A stretch of 64,000 bases of DNA from an uncultured Erysipelotrichaceae bacterium (GCA_902775285.1 CACYLI010000007.1:5533-69532); one strand, 5' to 3'. Counted from the stretch's first letter, positions 26,701 to 34,689 are shown. The notes: generated by a model from the sequence alone, not told the origin. Numbers and translations: made by a program.

Positions 26701-27473
26701 GACCAAATTTTGAAAGAACAGATAAAAAAGATCAAACTACTATTAGTACAGAAAAACCTGTTATTAATGAACCAAATGTTGAAGAAATAAAACCAGTTGT
26801 TACTCCACAGAATGTTATACCAAGTGTTGATAATAATCCACATATAGAAGAAAAGACACCAAGTCAACTAACAGGAAGTGTTCCACAATGGCAACCAACT
26901 CCAACACCACAACAACATGATCCAGTTGTTAAAACACCTGAAGTTGAACCAGAAGTTATCATTGATACACCAACTCCAGAAATTGAACCAGAAGTTATTA
27001 TTGAACCACCAACACCGGAAGTTGAACCTGAAATTATTCCTGAACCAATTATAGAACCAGTGGTTATAGTTGATGAACCAACAATTGATCCAACACCAGA
27101 AGTAATAGTAGATACACCAGTAGTTGAGCCAACTCCAGAAAAAGTACCAGAATCAATACAAACTACTCCAAAAACTCCAACTAAACCTACACCACAAGTT
27201 ACTATTCCTTCAAGCCCAATAATAGAAGAACCAATAACAAGTGATATTAATTATGATAATATAGAAATAATAAATGCAGATAATAGTGTTAAACCAGATT
27301 TAACTAATGAAATAATTAATAATACTTTAGAAGATAAAAAAGAGAATAATTCTAATGTATTAAAAGATATTGGTATTATTGCTGGAGTAGGAGCATTAGC
27401 GGGTGCTAGTGCATATGGAATATATAAAGCAAGCGAAAATAAAAAAGATGAAGATGAAGAAAAGACAGAATAA
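23781..27473 (+). CDS. 1230-aa tail-anchored surface-type protein: alpha/beta-hydrolase-like N-domain, LXG-like helical module, 3 tandem ~81-aa repeats, Pro/Glu-rich stalk, C-terminal TM helix; no signal peptide
   Basis: GCSNGGGG nucleophile elbow and a later WHGAH. SPGLGYIKSSIDRY and SIDLSIEDELNDKILKCTQDIDNLI align with the paralogues. Repeats carry GFGNxFLAG and PQVDIGDRxSHAFSGPxF. TPEVEPEVII-type stalk, then IGIIAGVGALAGASAYGIY followed by a charged tail. Confidence 0.75.
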   Translation: MADVYIPKTAEEKVDFVYEFMKENESFFGKSESYNVKAIETEDGVGIVAEYKSPNGTGVNYLYINPKTDFENITMFENPIPDSCYNGDRLVSSTPYGTYGNRHNRILKGDFSSVPENAIMIPSSKYETGTSKTVYSPDEVAVAFINKVGNKPEMIATVGCSNGGGGSLKSGIFEALNHPGVKVEAWGLDGYYQEFYPEKILDSLSEEEMETLRENLTFVNVIPNEKCQGGIANGRPRYNWKNEHETSQTMTKYVLELEKRGIKNIIYTADFEGVHENWHGAHLDMYQFGSNLPDFMLHNTDEIKCSGEYGVIDGAYTYDGIRRILVPLGVKDDISQKVDFSNIPDYSKSYIKYENEIELLNNIRDNLEMFSNSNMETKGSDSFPGILFSMTNGVSSSNDSFISKTKEETNALASVIGSYIILDKELASDADNLKDNLGTSLFDYNRVSVEGPTYTPLTFSNINGEIDFNEFNNMFNGTSLCGPIASFIGENKQNITSLKSSLTALIDSEYYSSPGLGYIKSSIDRYSILCDCNLELLDSMESSFTKALKKVYDAMDGKSIDLSIEDELNDKILKCTQDIDNLIAANSEKRTVLVATPVTIPGKQIIVYVPKKEYVLSESARAENERIIESNRKDIEDFKIELQRIADVKEAIKEAEELMDDLNIEIQQYNSKVEHLTPTPTLSLYDVERLKRGENLGFNPTIYDVGDTSKPEIIETNEEESKVEPSVTPSPSPTPTPAPSPKVEEPSNVSEPIEKETEKTSTSSTSSTGFGNGFLAGYKPGEGMSESRIPTSTEKEDTPQVDIGDRASHAFSGPDFITSASGVLGSVGATAIGETLNNSKSPQTKASDTGFGNNFLAGSKPEITPKEETISSSQVVETEEKPQVDIGDRASHAFSGPDFESNDNKSIPDLIKDLFPTKDKEDTSKDSNDIGFGNNFLAGSKPEVKLKDEIQRPVVETQRPQVDIGDRGSHAFSGPNFERTDKKDQTTISTEKPVINEPNVEEIKPVVTPQNVIPSVDNNPHIEEKTPSQLTGSVPQWQPTPTPQQHDPVVKTPEVEPEVIIDTPTPEIEPEVIIEPPTPEVEPEIIPEPIIEPVVIVDEPTIDPTPEVIVDTPVVEPTPEKVPESIQTTPKTPTKPTPQVTIPSSPIIEEPITSDINYDNIEIINADNSVKPDLTNEIINNTLEDKKENNSNVLKDIGIIAGVGALAGASAYGIYKASENKKDEDEEKTE
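26085..26711 (+). repeat. three in-frame tandem ~243-bp (~81-aa) repeats inside the 1230-aa gene
   Basis: GGxTTTGGAAAyrrTTTCTTAGC starts at 26085, 26328 and 26571. CCACAAGTAGAyATAGGTGATAGAG starts at 26175, 26424 and 26658. Confidence 0.85.
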
Positions 27474-27485
27474 TCTGTCTTTTTA
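27462..27485 (+). terminator. terminator after the 1230-aa gene
   Basis: AAGACAGA-ATAA-TCTGTCTT followed by TTT. Confidence 0.65.
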
Positions 27486-27545
27486 ATTAATTTGAAATAC
27501 AGTAGATTTTTTAATATAATATTTAATGTAAAAGAGGTGATATTA

Positions 27546-28799
27546 TTGAAAAATTGGAGTTTTAAAATTGATAATGATAAATCAATAAATTTAGTTCTAA
27601 ATGGTAAAAAAAATGCTTATTCTTTAAATTATAATGAAAAAGAAATTCCTCAAATTAATGAAGAATCAATAATACACTTTGATAATGAAAAAGATGCTTG
27701 TAAAATTAAAATAATTGATTATAAAATACTAAAGTTTAAAGATGTTACTTTAGATGAAGCTTTATTAGAAGGATATTCATCTTTAGATATATGGAAAAAG
27801 AAATATTTAGATTTATTTAAGAAAACTAATTCTAGTTTTAATGAAGAAAATATAATAATATTTGTTATATTTAAAGTTACAAATAATTTTGTTAAAGAAA
27901 GACTTGAATTAGGGAAAAAAATAGCTAATTTGAATTTAGATTTATTTAATAAAATCGAATCACTTTATGAAATAAATGCTGGATTTAATAATACACTTTT
28001 TAGTGTTAATAATAAATATATTATAAAAGTATGTACTAATACTGAATTAGAGATTAGTTTTGAAAAAGAATATAATTTTTATAAATCAAATTCTTCTAAT
28101 AAAAGTATTCCAAAATTATATAAATATGATAATACTAAAAAAGAAGTGAATTATTTATATGAAATAATTGAAAAACTAAATGGTAATACTTTATATTATT
28201 ATTGGTATAAAATGAATGAAATAGAAAGAGAAGAAACCATTAAAAAACTAATTTCTATAATTAAAAGTTTTCATAATATAAAAGCAAATGAATATGATTG
28301 GGCAAAAGTAATAAAAGAAGAAATACAAAAAAGAATAAAAGACAATAAAGATTTATTTAGTGATGAAGATTATGATATCATAATTAAAAGTCTTAATAAA
28401 TATGATGAAATCTTAAAAGATAATTATTTTGCTTTAATACATAATGATTTACATTTTGATAATATTATTTATGATAATGGAAATATAAAAATAATAGATT
28501 TTAATGATTGTTTAAGTGCCCCAATTGATTTTGAATTTAGACAATTGTATATTTGTCAGTATAAACCATGGAAATGGGCTAATATAGAAATGGATCCTTA
28601 TCAAAAAGAAAAAGATTATAAAAATATTTGGAATTATATTAAAAAGTATTATGATAAATTGAATGATATAAACTATTTAGAAGAAAGAATGATTATATAT
28701 AGAATCTGGAATGATTCAGAGCATTTAAAAAAATACCATTCTAAGGAATTAATAGATAGTGTAGTTGAGAATTCTAAAAAAATATTGGAGTTGAAATGA
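27546..28799 (+). CDS. ASCH domain fused to an aminoglycoside/choline-kinase-like phosphotransferase (APH fold)
   Basis: N-terminal LVLNGKKNAY...FKDVTLDEALLEGYSSLDIWKK is ASCH-like. C-terminal LIHNDLHFDNIIYDNGNIKIIDFND is the APH catalytic loop. A TTG at 27546 follows AAAGAGGTGA and is preferred over the track's TTG at 27492. Confidence 0.7.
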   Translation: MKNWSFKIDNDKSINLVLNGKKNAYSLNYNEKEIPQINEESIIHFDNEKDACKIKIIDYKILKFKDVTLDEALLEGYSSLDIWKKKYLDLFKKTNSSFNEENIIIFVIFKVTNNFVKERLELGKKIANLNLDLFNKIESLYEINAGFNNTLFSVNNKYIIKVCTNTELEISFEKEYNFYKSNSSNKSIPKLYKYDNTKKEVNYLYEIIEKLNGNTLYYYWYKMNEIEREETIKKLISIIKSFHNIKANEYDWAKVIKEEIQKRIKDNKDLFSDEDYDIIIKSLNKYDEILKDNYFALIHNDLHFDNIIYDNGNIKIIDFNDCLSAPIDFEFRQLYICQYKPWKWANIEMDPYQKEKDYKNIWNYIKKYYDKLNDINYLEERMIIYRIWNDSEHLKKYHSKELIDSVVENSKKILELK

Positions 28800-30976
28800 A
28801 AAAAGTAATATTAAAAATAGATGGTATGAGTTGTAGTGCTTGTCAGAATAGAGTTGAAAAGTATTTAAATAAACAAGATGGAGTAAAAGCAAGTGTTAAT
28901 CTAGTTATGGCACAAGCAATGGTTGAATATGATGAAAATAAAGTATCTTTATCTGATTTGGATAGATTTGTTAGTGAATCTGGTTATAAAAGTTTAGGTG
29001 TTTATAATAAAAAAGAAGAAGAAAAAAAAGATAATACTTTAGTTTATTTAATAATACTTGCATTTTTAATTATTTTAATTATGTATATATCAATGTCTCA
29101 TATGCTTTGTTTACCTGTTATTCCTTTTTTACATATGATTAAACATCCAGTGAATTATGGAGTTTGTTTATTCATTTTAACTATACCATTTCTTATATTT
29201 GGTTTTGATATTATTAAAAGTGGAATAATTAAATTAATTCATGCAAGTCCTAATATGGATAGTCTTGTGTCAATTGGAGTGTTATCAAGTTTAATTTATA
29301 GTTTAGTTAATTTAATATTAATAGTTTCGGGTAAAAATATATTGGTAGAACATTTATATTTTGAAAGTTCTTCTATGATATTATATTTTATTAAATTAGG
29401 TAGATTTATAGATAAAAACTCAAAATCTAAAGCCAAAGAAGCTATTAAAGAACTTGTAACTATTACACCAGAAAGTGCTCTTATTAAAATAAATGATAGT
29501 GAAAAAGAAGTAACTATTGATGAAGTAAAAAAAGATGACATATTAATATGCAAACCTGGTATGAAAATAGCGGTAGATGGTATTATTACAAAAGGTAGTA
29601 CTCATATAGATGAATCATTTATTACAGGTGAAAGTATTCCTTGTAATAAAAAAATAAATGATAAAGTAATTGCTGGATCTATTAATATTGATGGAGTTAT
29701 AGAGTATAAAGCACAAAATATTGGCCCTGAATCTACAATATCAGAAATTGTTAGATTAGTAGTAGAAGCAACAAATACAAAAGCTCCTATACAACATTTA
29801 GCAGATATAATATCTAGTTATTTTGTACCTGGTATTATTTTAATATCAATTTTTACTTTAATAATTTATTTAATTCTTGGTAAAAGTTTTAATGAATCTA
29901 TTATATCTTTTGTAACAGTATTAGTTGTATCTTGTCCATGTGCTTTAGGACTAGCAACACCACTTGCTATGGTTGTAAGTATTGGTAAATGTGCTAAAGA
30001 AGGAATTCTTATTAAAACTAGTGAAGTATTAGAAACTATTCATAAAGTTGATACAATAGTATTTGATAAAACAGGTACTCTTACATATGGAACTTTGAAA
30101 GTATCAGAAATTAATAATTATTCAAAATATAAAGATAAAGAATTATTAAGTATTATTTCTAGTATTGAACATAATAGTACTCATCCAATAGCTAATGCTT
30201 TTAAAGAGTATTATGATTCAAATATAAATGTAAATAATTTTAAAAATATTTCTGGAATGGGTTTACATGGAATAATAAATAAAAAAGAAATATATATTGG
30301 AAATAATAGATTATTAAAAAAATTAAATATTGAGAATAAATATAAAGATAAAGAAAATGAATTAGAAGAAAATGGTAATAGCATTGTATATGCAGTTGAA
30401 AATAATAATATAATAGCTTTAATAGGTGTAAAAGATATTATAAGATCTAATGCTAAATCTACAATTAAAGAATTGAAAAGATTAGGAAAAGAAGTTATCA
30501 TGTTATCTGGAGACAATATTAAAACTGCTAATATTATTGCTCATGAAATTGGAATAGATAATGTTAAAGCAAATGTTTTACCAAAAGAAAAAGAAAAATT
30601 TTTACAAGAAAAAATTAAACAAAACCATATAGTTATGATGGTTGGAGATGGAATTAATGATGCAATAGCTCTTTCATGTAGTAATATTGGAATATCTCTA
30701 AATAGTGGAACTGATATAGCTTTTTCATCTTCTGATATAATACTAATGCATGATGATTTATCAAAAATAATAACATTATTAAAATCAAGTAATAAAACAA
30801 TAAGAATTATAAAAGAAAACTTGTTTTGGGCATTTATTTATAATATAATAATGATATTAATTGCTACAGGATTATTAACTCCATATAAAATACATATTAA
30901 TCCAATGATAGCAAGTATTATGATGACTATTAGTAGTTTAACTGTAGTATTTAATTCACTTAGATTAAAAAAATAG
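28796..30976 (+). CDS. copA: copper-translocating P-type ATPase
   Basis: HMA domain GMSCSACQ, CPC motif (SCPCALGLATP), DKTGTLT and GDGINDA. ATGA overlap with the upstream kinase-like gene. Confidence 0.92.
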   Translation: MKKVILKIDGMSCSACQNRVEKYLNKQDGVKASVNLVMAQAMVEYDENKVSLSDLDRFVSESGYKSLGVYNKKEEEKKDNTLVYLIILAFLIILIMYISMSHMLCLPVIPFLHMIKHPVNYGVCLFILTIPFLIFGFDIIKSGIIKLIHASPNMDSLVSIGVLSSLIYSLVNLILIVSGKNILVEHLYFESSSMILYFIKLGRFIDKNSKSKAKEAIKELVTITPESALIKINDSEKEVTIDEVKKDDILICKPGMKIAVDGIITKGSTHIDESFITGESIPCNKKINDKVIAGSINIDGVIEYKAQNIGPESTISEIVRLVVEATNTKAPIQHLADIISSYFVPGIILISIFTLIIYLILGKSFNESIISFVTVLVVSCPCALGLATPLAMVVSIGKCAKEGILIKTSEVLETIHKVDTIVFDKTGTLTYGTLKVSEINNYSKYKDKELLSIISSIEHNSTHPIANAFKEYYDSNINVNNFKNISGMGLHGIINKKEIYIGNNRLLKKLNIENKYKDKENELEENGNSIVYAVENNNIIALIGVKDIIRSNAKSTIKELKRLGKEVIMLSGDNIKTANIIAHEIGIDNVKANVLPKEKEKFLQEKIKQNHIVMMVGDGINDAIALSCSNIGISLNSGTDIAFSSSDIILMHDDLSKIITLLKSSNKTIRIIKENLFWAFIYNIIMILIATGLLTPYKIHINPMIASIMMTISSLTVVFNSLRLKK

Positions 30977-30984
30977 GAGGGTTT

Positions 30985-31389
30985 ATGGACAATAATAGTT
31001 TTATTTATGGTAAGATTCCAACATCTAGTGGAGGAATAAGCAAAACATATCCTGAAAGTATAATAAGACTTATTAGTGAAAATGAAGAAAGACATAATCA
31101 TATAATTTCATATTCTTTATCTAATTATGATAATATTAGAGAAAAATTATACTTAGAAAAGAGTACTAATAATATAGTACTTGAAAGTAAGAGAAATGAT
31201 AATGATTCTTATAAAGAATTAGTTGTTTTAAGTGTTTTTCCATATGGTGGTGTTTCATCTCATGGATATGAATATTTTAGTTATTTAATTGAAGTAATTG
31301 AAAAAGACACTTTATATAGACATTTAAAAGATGAAAGAATGATTATTGAACGAGAATTACAAAATGAACAAAAATTAAGATTAAAGTAG
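30985..31389 (+). CDS. hypothetical protein
   Basis: 134-aa ORF with a GGAGGG RBS, 8 nt after copA, followed by a strong terminator. No family recognised. Confidence 0.5.
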   Translation: MDNNSFIYGKIPTSSGGISKTYPESIIRLISENEERHNHIISYSLSNYDNIREKLYLEKSTNNIVLESKRNDNDSYKELVVLSVFPYGGVSSHGYEYFSYLIEVIEKDTLYRHLKDERMIIERELQNEQKLRLK

Positions 31390-31411
31390 ATTTACTTCTA
31401 CTTTTTTTTTA
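31384..31411 (+). terminator. terminator after the copA operon
   Basis: AAGTAGA-TTTACT-TCTACTT followed by a T8 run. Confidence 0.7.
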
Positions 31412-31442
31412 AAATGAAATAGATGCTATTAAGATAATCATA

Positions 31443-31451
31443 TGATATAAT
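31443..31451 (+). promoter_or_regulatory. extended -10 element (TGaTATAAT) driving a truncated 24-codon gene stub
   Basis: TGATATAAT is followed by an AGAGG RBS and ATG 31467. Confidence 0.4.
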
Positions 31452-31466
31452 CAATACAGAGGTTAT

Positions 31467-31541
31467 ATGAAAAAAGTAGTTGTTGGAATCATAAGCATTT
31501 TATTAGTAGGAACTTTGGGATTTGACATCTTGCACATTTAG
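31467..31541 (+). pseudogene. decapitated 5' stub of a secreted/lipoprotein-type gene (MKKVVVGIISILLVGTLG...), 24 codons
   Basis: A promoter, RBS, ATG and signal-peptide-like sequence end in a stop inside copy A of the repeated leader element. Confidence 0.4.
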
Positions 31542-31670
31542 TATAAAAATATGTTAAAATTGATAAAAATTAGTAAAAAATGACTATTTTTAATGCAAAA
31601 AGTGATAGGAATTATTAAGGTGATTACGCCACCTAATAATAAGAAATAACTTGAATATTGAGGTGATAGT
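31513..31670 (+). repeat. copy A of a ~140-150-bp promoter/leader element (upstream of the ARH gene)
   Basis: Aligns with 32508-32648. Shared blocks: TTTGAMATCTTGCAC, TATAAAAATATGYTAAAA, AAAAAGYGATAGGAATTAKTAAGGTGATTACGCMACCTAATAATAAGAAA and ATTGAGGTGA. Contains a conserved TGnTAAAAT (31552-60). Confidence 0.7.
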
Positions 31671-32435
31671 ATGTATGGGGCTATAGTTGGAGATTTAGCG
31701 GGTAGTATATATGAATTTGACCAATTAAAAAAAGTTCATAGAGTACATATGAATAATTTAATTGAAGATAATGCTTTCTATAGTGATGATACAATTTTAA
31801 CTATTGCTATACTGGATGCGATACTTAATAATAAAGATTATGATTATTATTTACGAAAATATATTCAAGGATATAGTGAGTATAAACCTGATTTTAATCC
31901 GTATTTTAAATCATCATTTTCACCTAACTTGATAAAATGGAGCAAATCAAATGTAATTGGTACTAGTCACGGTAATGGAGCTATGATGAGAATATCTCCT
32001 GTAGGATATATGTTTGATAGTGAAAAAGAAGTAATCGAAAATGCAAGGCTTGCAACTATACCTTCTCATAATTCAAATGAAGCAATTGATTCAGCTACTA
32101 TGGTGGCATTAATAATATATTATTCTAGAAAGGGATATACAAAAGATGAAATATTTAAAATAATGAATATTGAGGTTAAGTATATTCCGTTTAATAAGTT
32201 TAATACAACATGTGAAGAAACTATAGGAAATTGTTTATATGCATTATATAATTCAAATAGTTTTGAAGATGCTATTAGAAAAACATTATTGATGGGTGGA
32301 GATACAGATACAAACTGTGCTATAGTTGGAAGTATGGCTGAAGCAATGTATCGAATTAATAATGAAACCATAGAAAAAGTTAATAAAAAAATTCCTCAAA
32401 AATTTGTTAAAATATTAAGTAGAGCAAGGAGTTGA
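31671..32435 (+). CDS. ADP-ribosylglycohydrolase (ARH/DraG family)
   Basis: MYGAIVGDLAGSIYEF N-terminus, SDDT, GNGAMMR and GGDTDTNCAIVG metal-binding motifs. Confidence 0.85.
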   Translation: MYGAIVGDLAGSIYEFDQLKKVHRVHMNNLIEDNAFYSDDTILTIAILDAILNNKDYDYYLRKYIQGYSEYKPDFNPYFKSSFSPNLIKWSKSNVIGTSHGNGAMMRISPVGYMFDSEKEVIENARLATIPSHNSNEAIDSATMVALIIYYSRKGYTKDEIFKIMNIEVKYIPFNKFNTTCEETIGNCLYALYNSNSFEDAIRKTLLMGGDTDTNCAIVGSMAEAMYRINNETIEKVNKKIPQKFVKILSRARS

Positions 32436-32440
32436 TCCAA

Positions 32441-32469
32441 ATGAATGAGAATAAAACTAATATAAACTG
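32441..32469 (+). pseudogene. 29-nt duplicate of the rbgA 5' end (MNENKTNIN...), heading a 24-codon stub
   Basis: ATGAATGAGAATAAAACTAATATAAACTG compared with rbgA 33221-33249 ATGAACGAAAATAAAACTAATATAAACTG is identical at 27 of 29 positions. Both differences are synonymous. Similarity ends abruptly after nt 29. Confidence 0.7.
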
Positions 32470-32507
32470 TCTGATAACGCTTTTTGCAACACTTTCTAAA
32501 AATAAGG

Positions 32508-32648
32508 CTTTGTGAGATTTGAAATCTTGCACGTTTAATATAAAAATATGCTAAAATAAACAAAAAAATAGATGTTATTAATGTAAAAAGCGATAGGAAT
32601 TAGTAAGGTGATTACGCAACCTAATAATAAGAAAATTGAGGTGAAATA
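32508..32648 (+). repeat. copy B of the promoter/leader element (upstream of the transglutaminase-like gene)
   Basis: See copy A. The conserved TGnTAAAAT is at 32549-57. Confidence 0.7.
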
Positions 32649-33215
32649 ATGAATGATATTAAAACACCAAAAGAATTATTAGACTATATGTCAAATAATA
32701 TTAATTACGGATATTTAGGAAAAAATGGAAGAGTATATCATTATGATGATTTAGATTTTAACTTAGATTGGTATGAACAATATATATTAGAAACAAGTGA
32801 TGATATATTAAATAATTTATGTGGTAATTGCTGGGATCAAGTTGAATTTGAAAGAGATTGGTTTTTAAAAAATGGATATGAAATAAAAACTATTTATGAA
32901 ATGGTTAAACTTGATTATGATAATGTATATCCAACTCATTCCTTTCTTATTTATAAGGATAATAATCACTGGTTTTGGTTTGAAAATTCTGATTTTAATA
33001 ATAGAGGCATACATAAATTTAATTCATTTGATGAATTATTAAATTATCAATATAAAAAGTATGTTGAATTTTTAAAGACATTTAATATAACAGATGAAGA
33101 ATTAGAAAAAATAATTGTAACAGAGTTTGATAAACCAAAAGAACATATTTCTGCTGAGAAATATTTAAATCATGTTATTAATTCACAACAAATTAATAAA
33201 AAACAGAGGAGGTAA
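32649..33215 (+). CDS. hypothetical transglutaminase/papain-like-fold protein (Cys-His-Asp/Asn candidate triad)
   Basis: 188 aa. CGNCWDQVEFERDWF (Cys), THSFLIY (His) and WFENSD in the order expected for a transglutaminase-like cysteine hydrolase. The fold assignment is an inference. Confidence 0.5.
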   Translation: MNDIKTPKELLDYMSNNINYGYLGKNGRVYHYDDLDFNLDWYEQYILETSDDILNNLCGNCWDQVEFERDWFLKNGYEIKTIYEMVKLDYDNVYPTHSFLIYKDNNHWFWFENSDFNNRGIHKFNSFDELLNYQYKKYVEFLKTFNITDEELEKIIVTEFDKPKEHISAEKYLNHVINSQQINKKQRR

Positions 33216-33220
33216 TACTT

Positions 33221-34078
33221 ATGAACGAAAATAAAACTAATATAAACTGGTATCCAGGTCATATGGCTAAGACTAAAAGAGAAATATCATCTATTATTTC
33301 TAATATAGATATTGTAATAGAAGTAATAGATTCAAGAATACCTTTTTCGTCTAGAATACCAGATTTAAAGAAAATAACTAATAACAAAACAAATATAATA
33401 GTATTTAATAAGTATGATTTATGTGATAAAAATGAAACTAATAAGTGGATTATTAAGTATAAAAACGAAGGAAATATAGTAGTAACTACTGATTCTAAAA
33501 ATACAAATGATTATAAAAAGATTATTAGTGAAGTTAATAATATAATGATTAATGTTAATAATAAAAGAAAATCCAAAGGACTTTTACCTAAGAAAGCAAA
33601 ATGTATTGTTATAGGTGTACCAAATGCTGGAAAAAGTACTATTATAAATAGACTTGTTGGAAAAAGTGTACTTGGTGTTGGTAACAAACCAGGAGTTACA
33701 AAACAATTAAACACAATTAGAATAAATGAATATATGGATTTAGTAGATACTCCTGGAATATTATGGCCTAAATTTGATAATCAAACTCTTGCATTAAATC
33801 TTGCTAGTATGACTGCTATTAAAGAAGAGATTCTCTCAATAGAAACAATTGCTATTCATATACTAAAAACTCTAAGTAAATATTATAGTGATATTTTAGA
33901 AAAGAATTTTGGAATAAAAGAATATAGTGATGATAATATTGAAGATTGTTTTGATCAAATATCTAAATTTAAAAATATACCTATTAGAGGAGAAGTTGAT
34001 TATGAAAGAGTATCTCTTTTAATAGTTAATTCTATTAAACAAGAAAAAATAAAGGGTATAACATTTGATAGATTATGA
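33221..34078 (+). CDS. rbgA: ribosome biogenesis GTPase A (YlqF/RbgA), circularly permuted GTPase
   Basis: NWYPGHMAKTKREI. G4 (NKYDL) precedes G1 (GVPNAGKST) and G3 (DTPG). Confidence 0.92.
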   Translation: MNENKTNINWYPGHMAKTKREISSIISNIDIVIEVIDSRIPFSSRIPDLKKITNNKTNIIVFNKYDLCDKNETNKWIIKYKNEGNIVVTTDSKNTNDYKKIISEVNNIMINVNNKRKSKGLLPKKAKCIVIGVPNAGKSTIINRLVGKSVLGVGNKPGVTKQLNTIRINEYMDLVDTPGILWPKFDNQTLALNLASMTAIKEEILSIETIAIHILKTLSKYYSDILEKNFGIKEYSDDNIEDCFDQISKFKNIPIRGEVDYERVSLLIVNSIKQEKIKGITFDRL

Positions 34079-34689
34079 AAAAGTATTTAGAAGGAATTAA
34101 ATTTGGTCTTTTATTACAATTTGCTATTGGACCTATATGTTTAATGGTTTTTAATACAGCAAAAAATTCTGGATTTTTAGTTGCATTTACATTGGTTTTA
34201 GTTGTAGCTTTAGTTGATGCTTTTTATATAACAATTTCTTGTCTTGGAGCTTCTAATTTTTTAAAAAATAAAAAGACTCTTAAATTATTTAAAGCAGTTG
34301 GTTCAATTATACTTGTATTATTTGGTTTAAATATAATATTAAATGTATTTGGAATTAAAATAATACCAGGTTTCTCACTTAATCCAAATTATAAAAACAT
34401 TTTATTACAAGGATTAATAATAGCGCTTTCTAATCCTCTTACAATTATATTTTGGGGGACTATGTTATCAGCAAAAATAATAGAAGATAATTTAAGTAAA
34501 AAAGAATTAATAATATTTTGTATAGGACTTGTTTCAGCAACATTACTATTTTTAACATCAGTATCTCTTATTGGTAGTGTATTTCATTCGTTTATAAATG
34601 AAAAGTTAACGAGTGTATCAAATATACTAGTTGGATTGCTTATAATTTATTATGGGTTTAAACTATATTTTACTAATACAACCAAATAA
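34075..34689 (+). CDS. LysE/ArgO-family amino-acid exporter
   Basis: 204 aa with 6 TM helices and FGLLLQFAIGPICLMVF at the N-terminus. ATGA overlap with rbgA. Confidence 0.7.
   Translation: MKKYLEGIKFGLLLQFAIGPICLMVFNTAKNSGFLVAFTLVLVVALVDAFYITISCLGASNFLKNKKTLKLFKAVGSIILVLFGLNIILNVFGIKIIPGFSLNPNYKNILLQGLIIALSNPLTIIFWGTMLSAKIIEDNLSKKELIIFCIGLVSATLLFLTSVSLIGSVFHSFINEKLTSVSNILVGLLIIYYGFKLYFTNTTK

Noticed and set aside
26085-27230. Regularly spaced repeats that might be mistaken for a CRISPR array or an intergenic tandem repeat.
   Set aside because: The repeats are in frame within a continuous 1230-codon ORF. The unit length (~243 bp) and internal conservation pattern are those of protein repeats. 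No cas genes or short 28-37-nt repeats are present.
31621-31650. Hairpin AUUAUUAAGGUG-loop-CACCUAAUAAU in leader copy A, considered as evidence for a riboswitch.
   Set aside because: Copy B has two non-compensated changes in the stem (G instead of U in the left arm, A instead of C in the right arm). The two copies therefore give no covariation support. I kept it only as a conserved-sequence observation.
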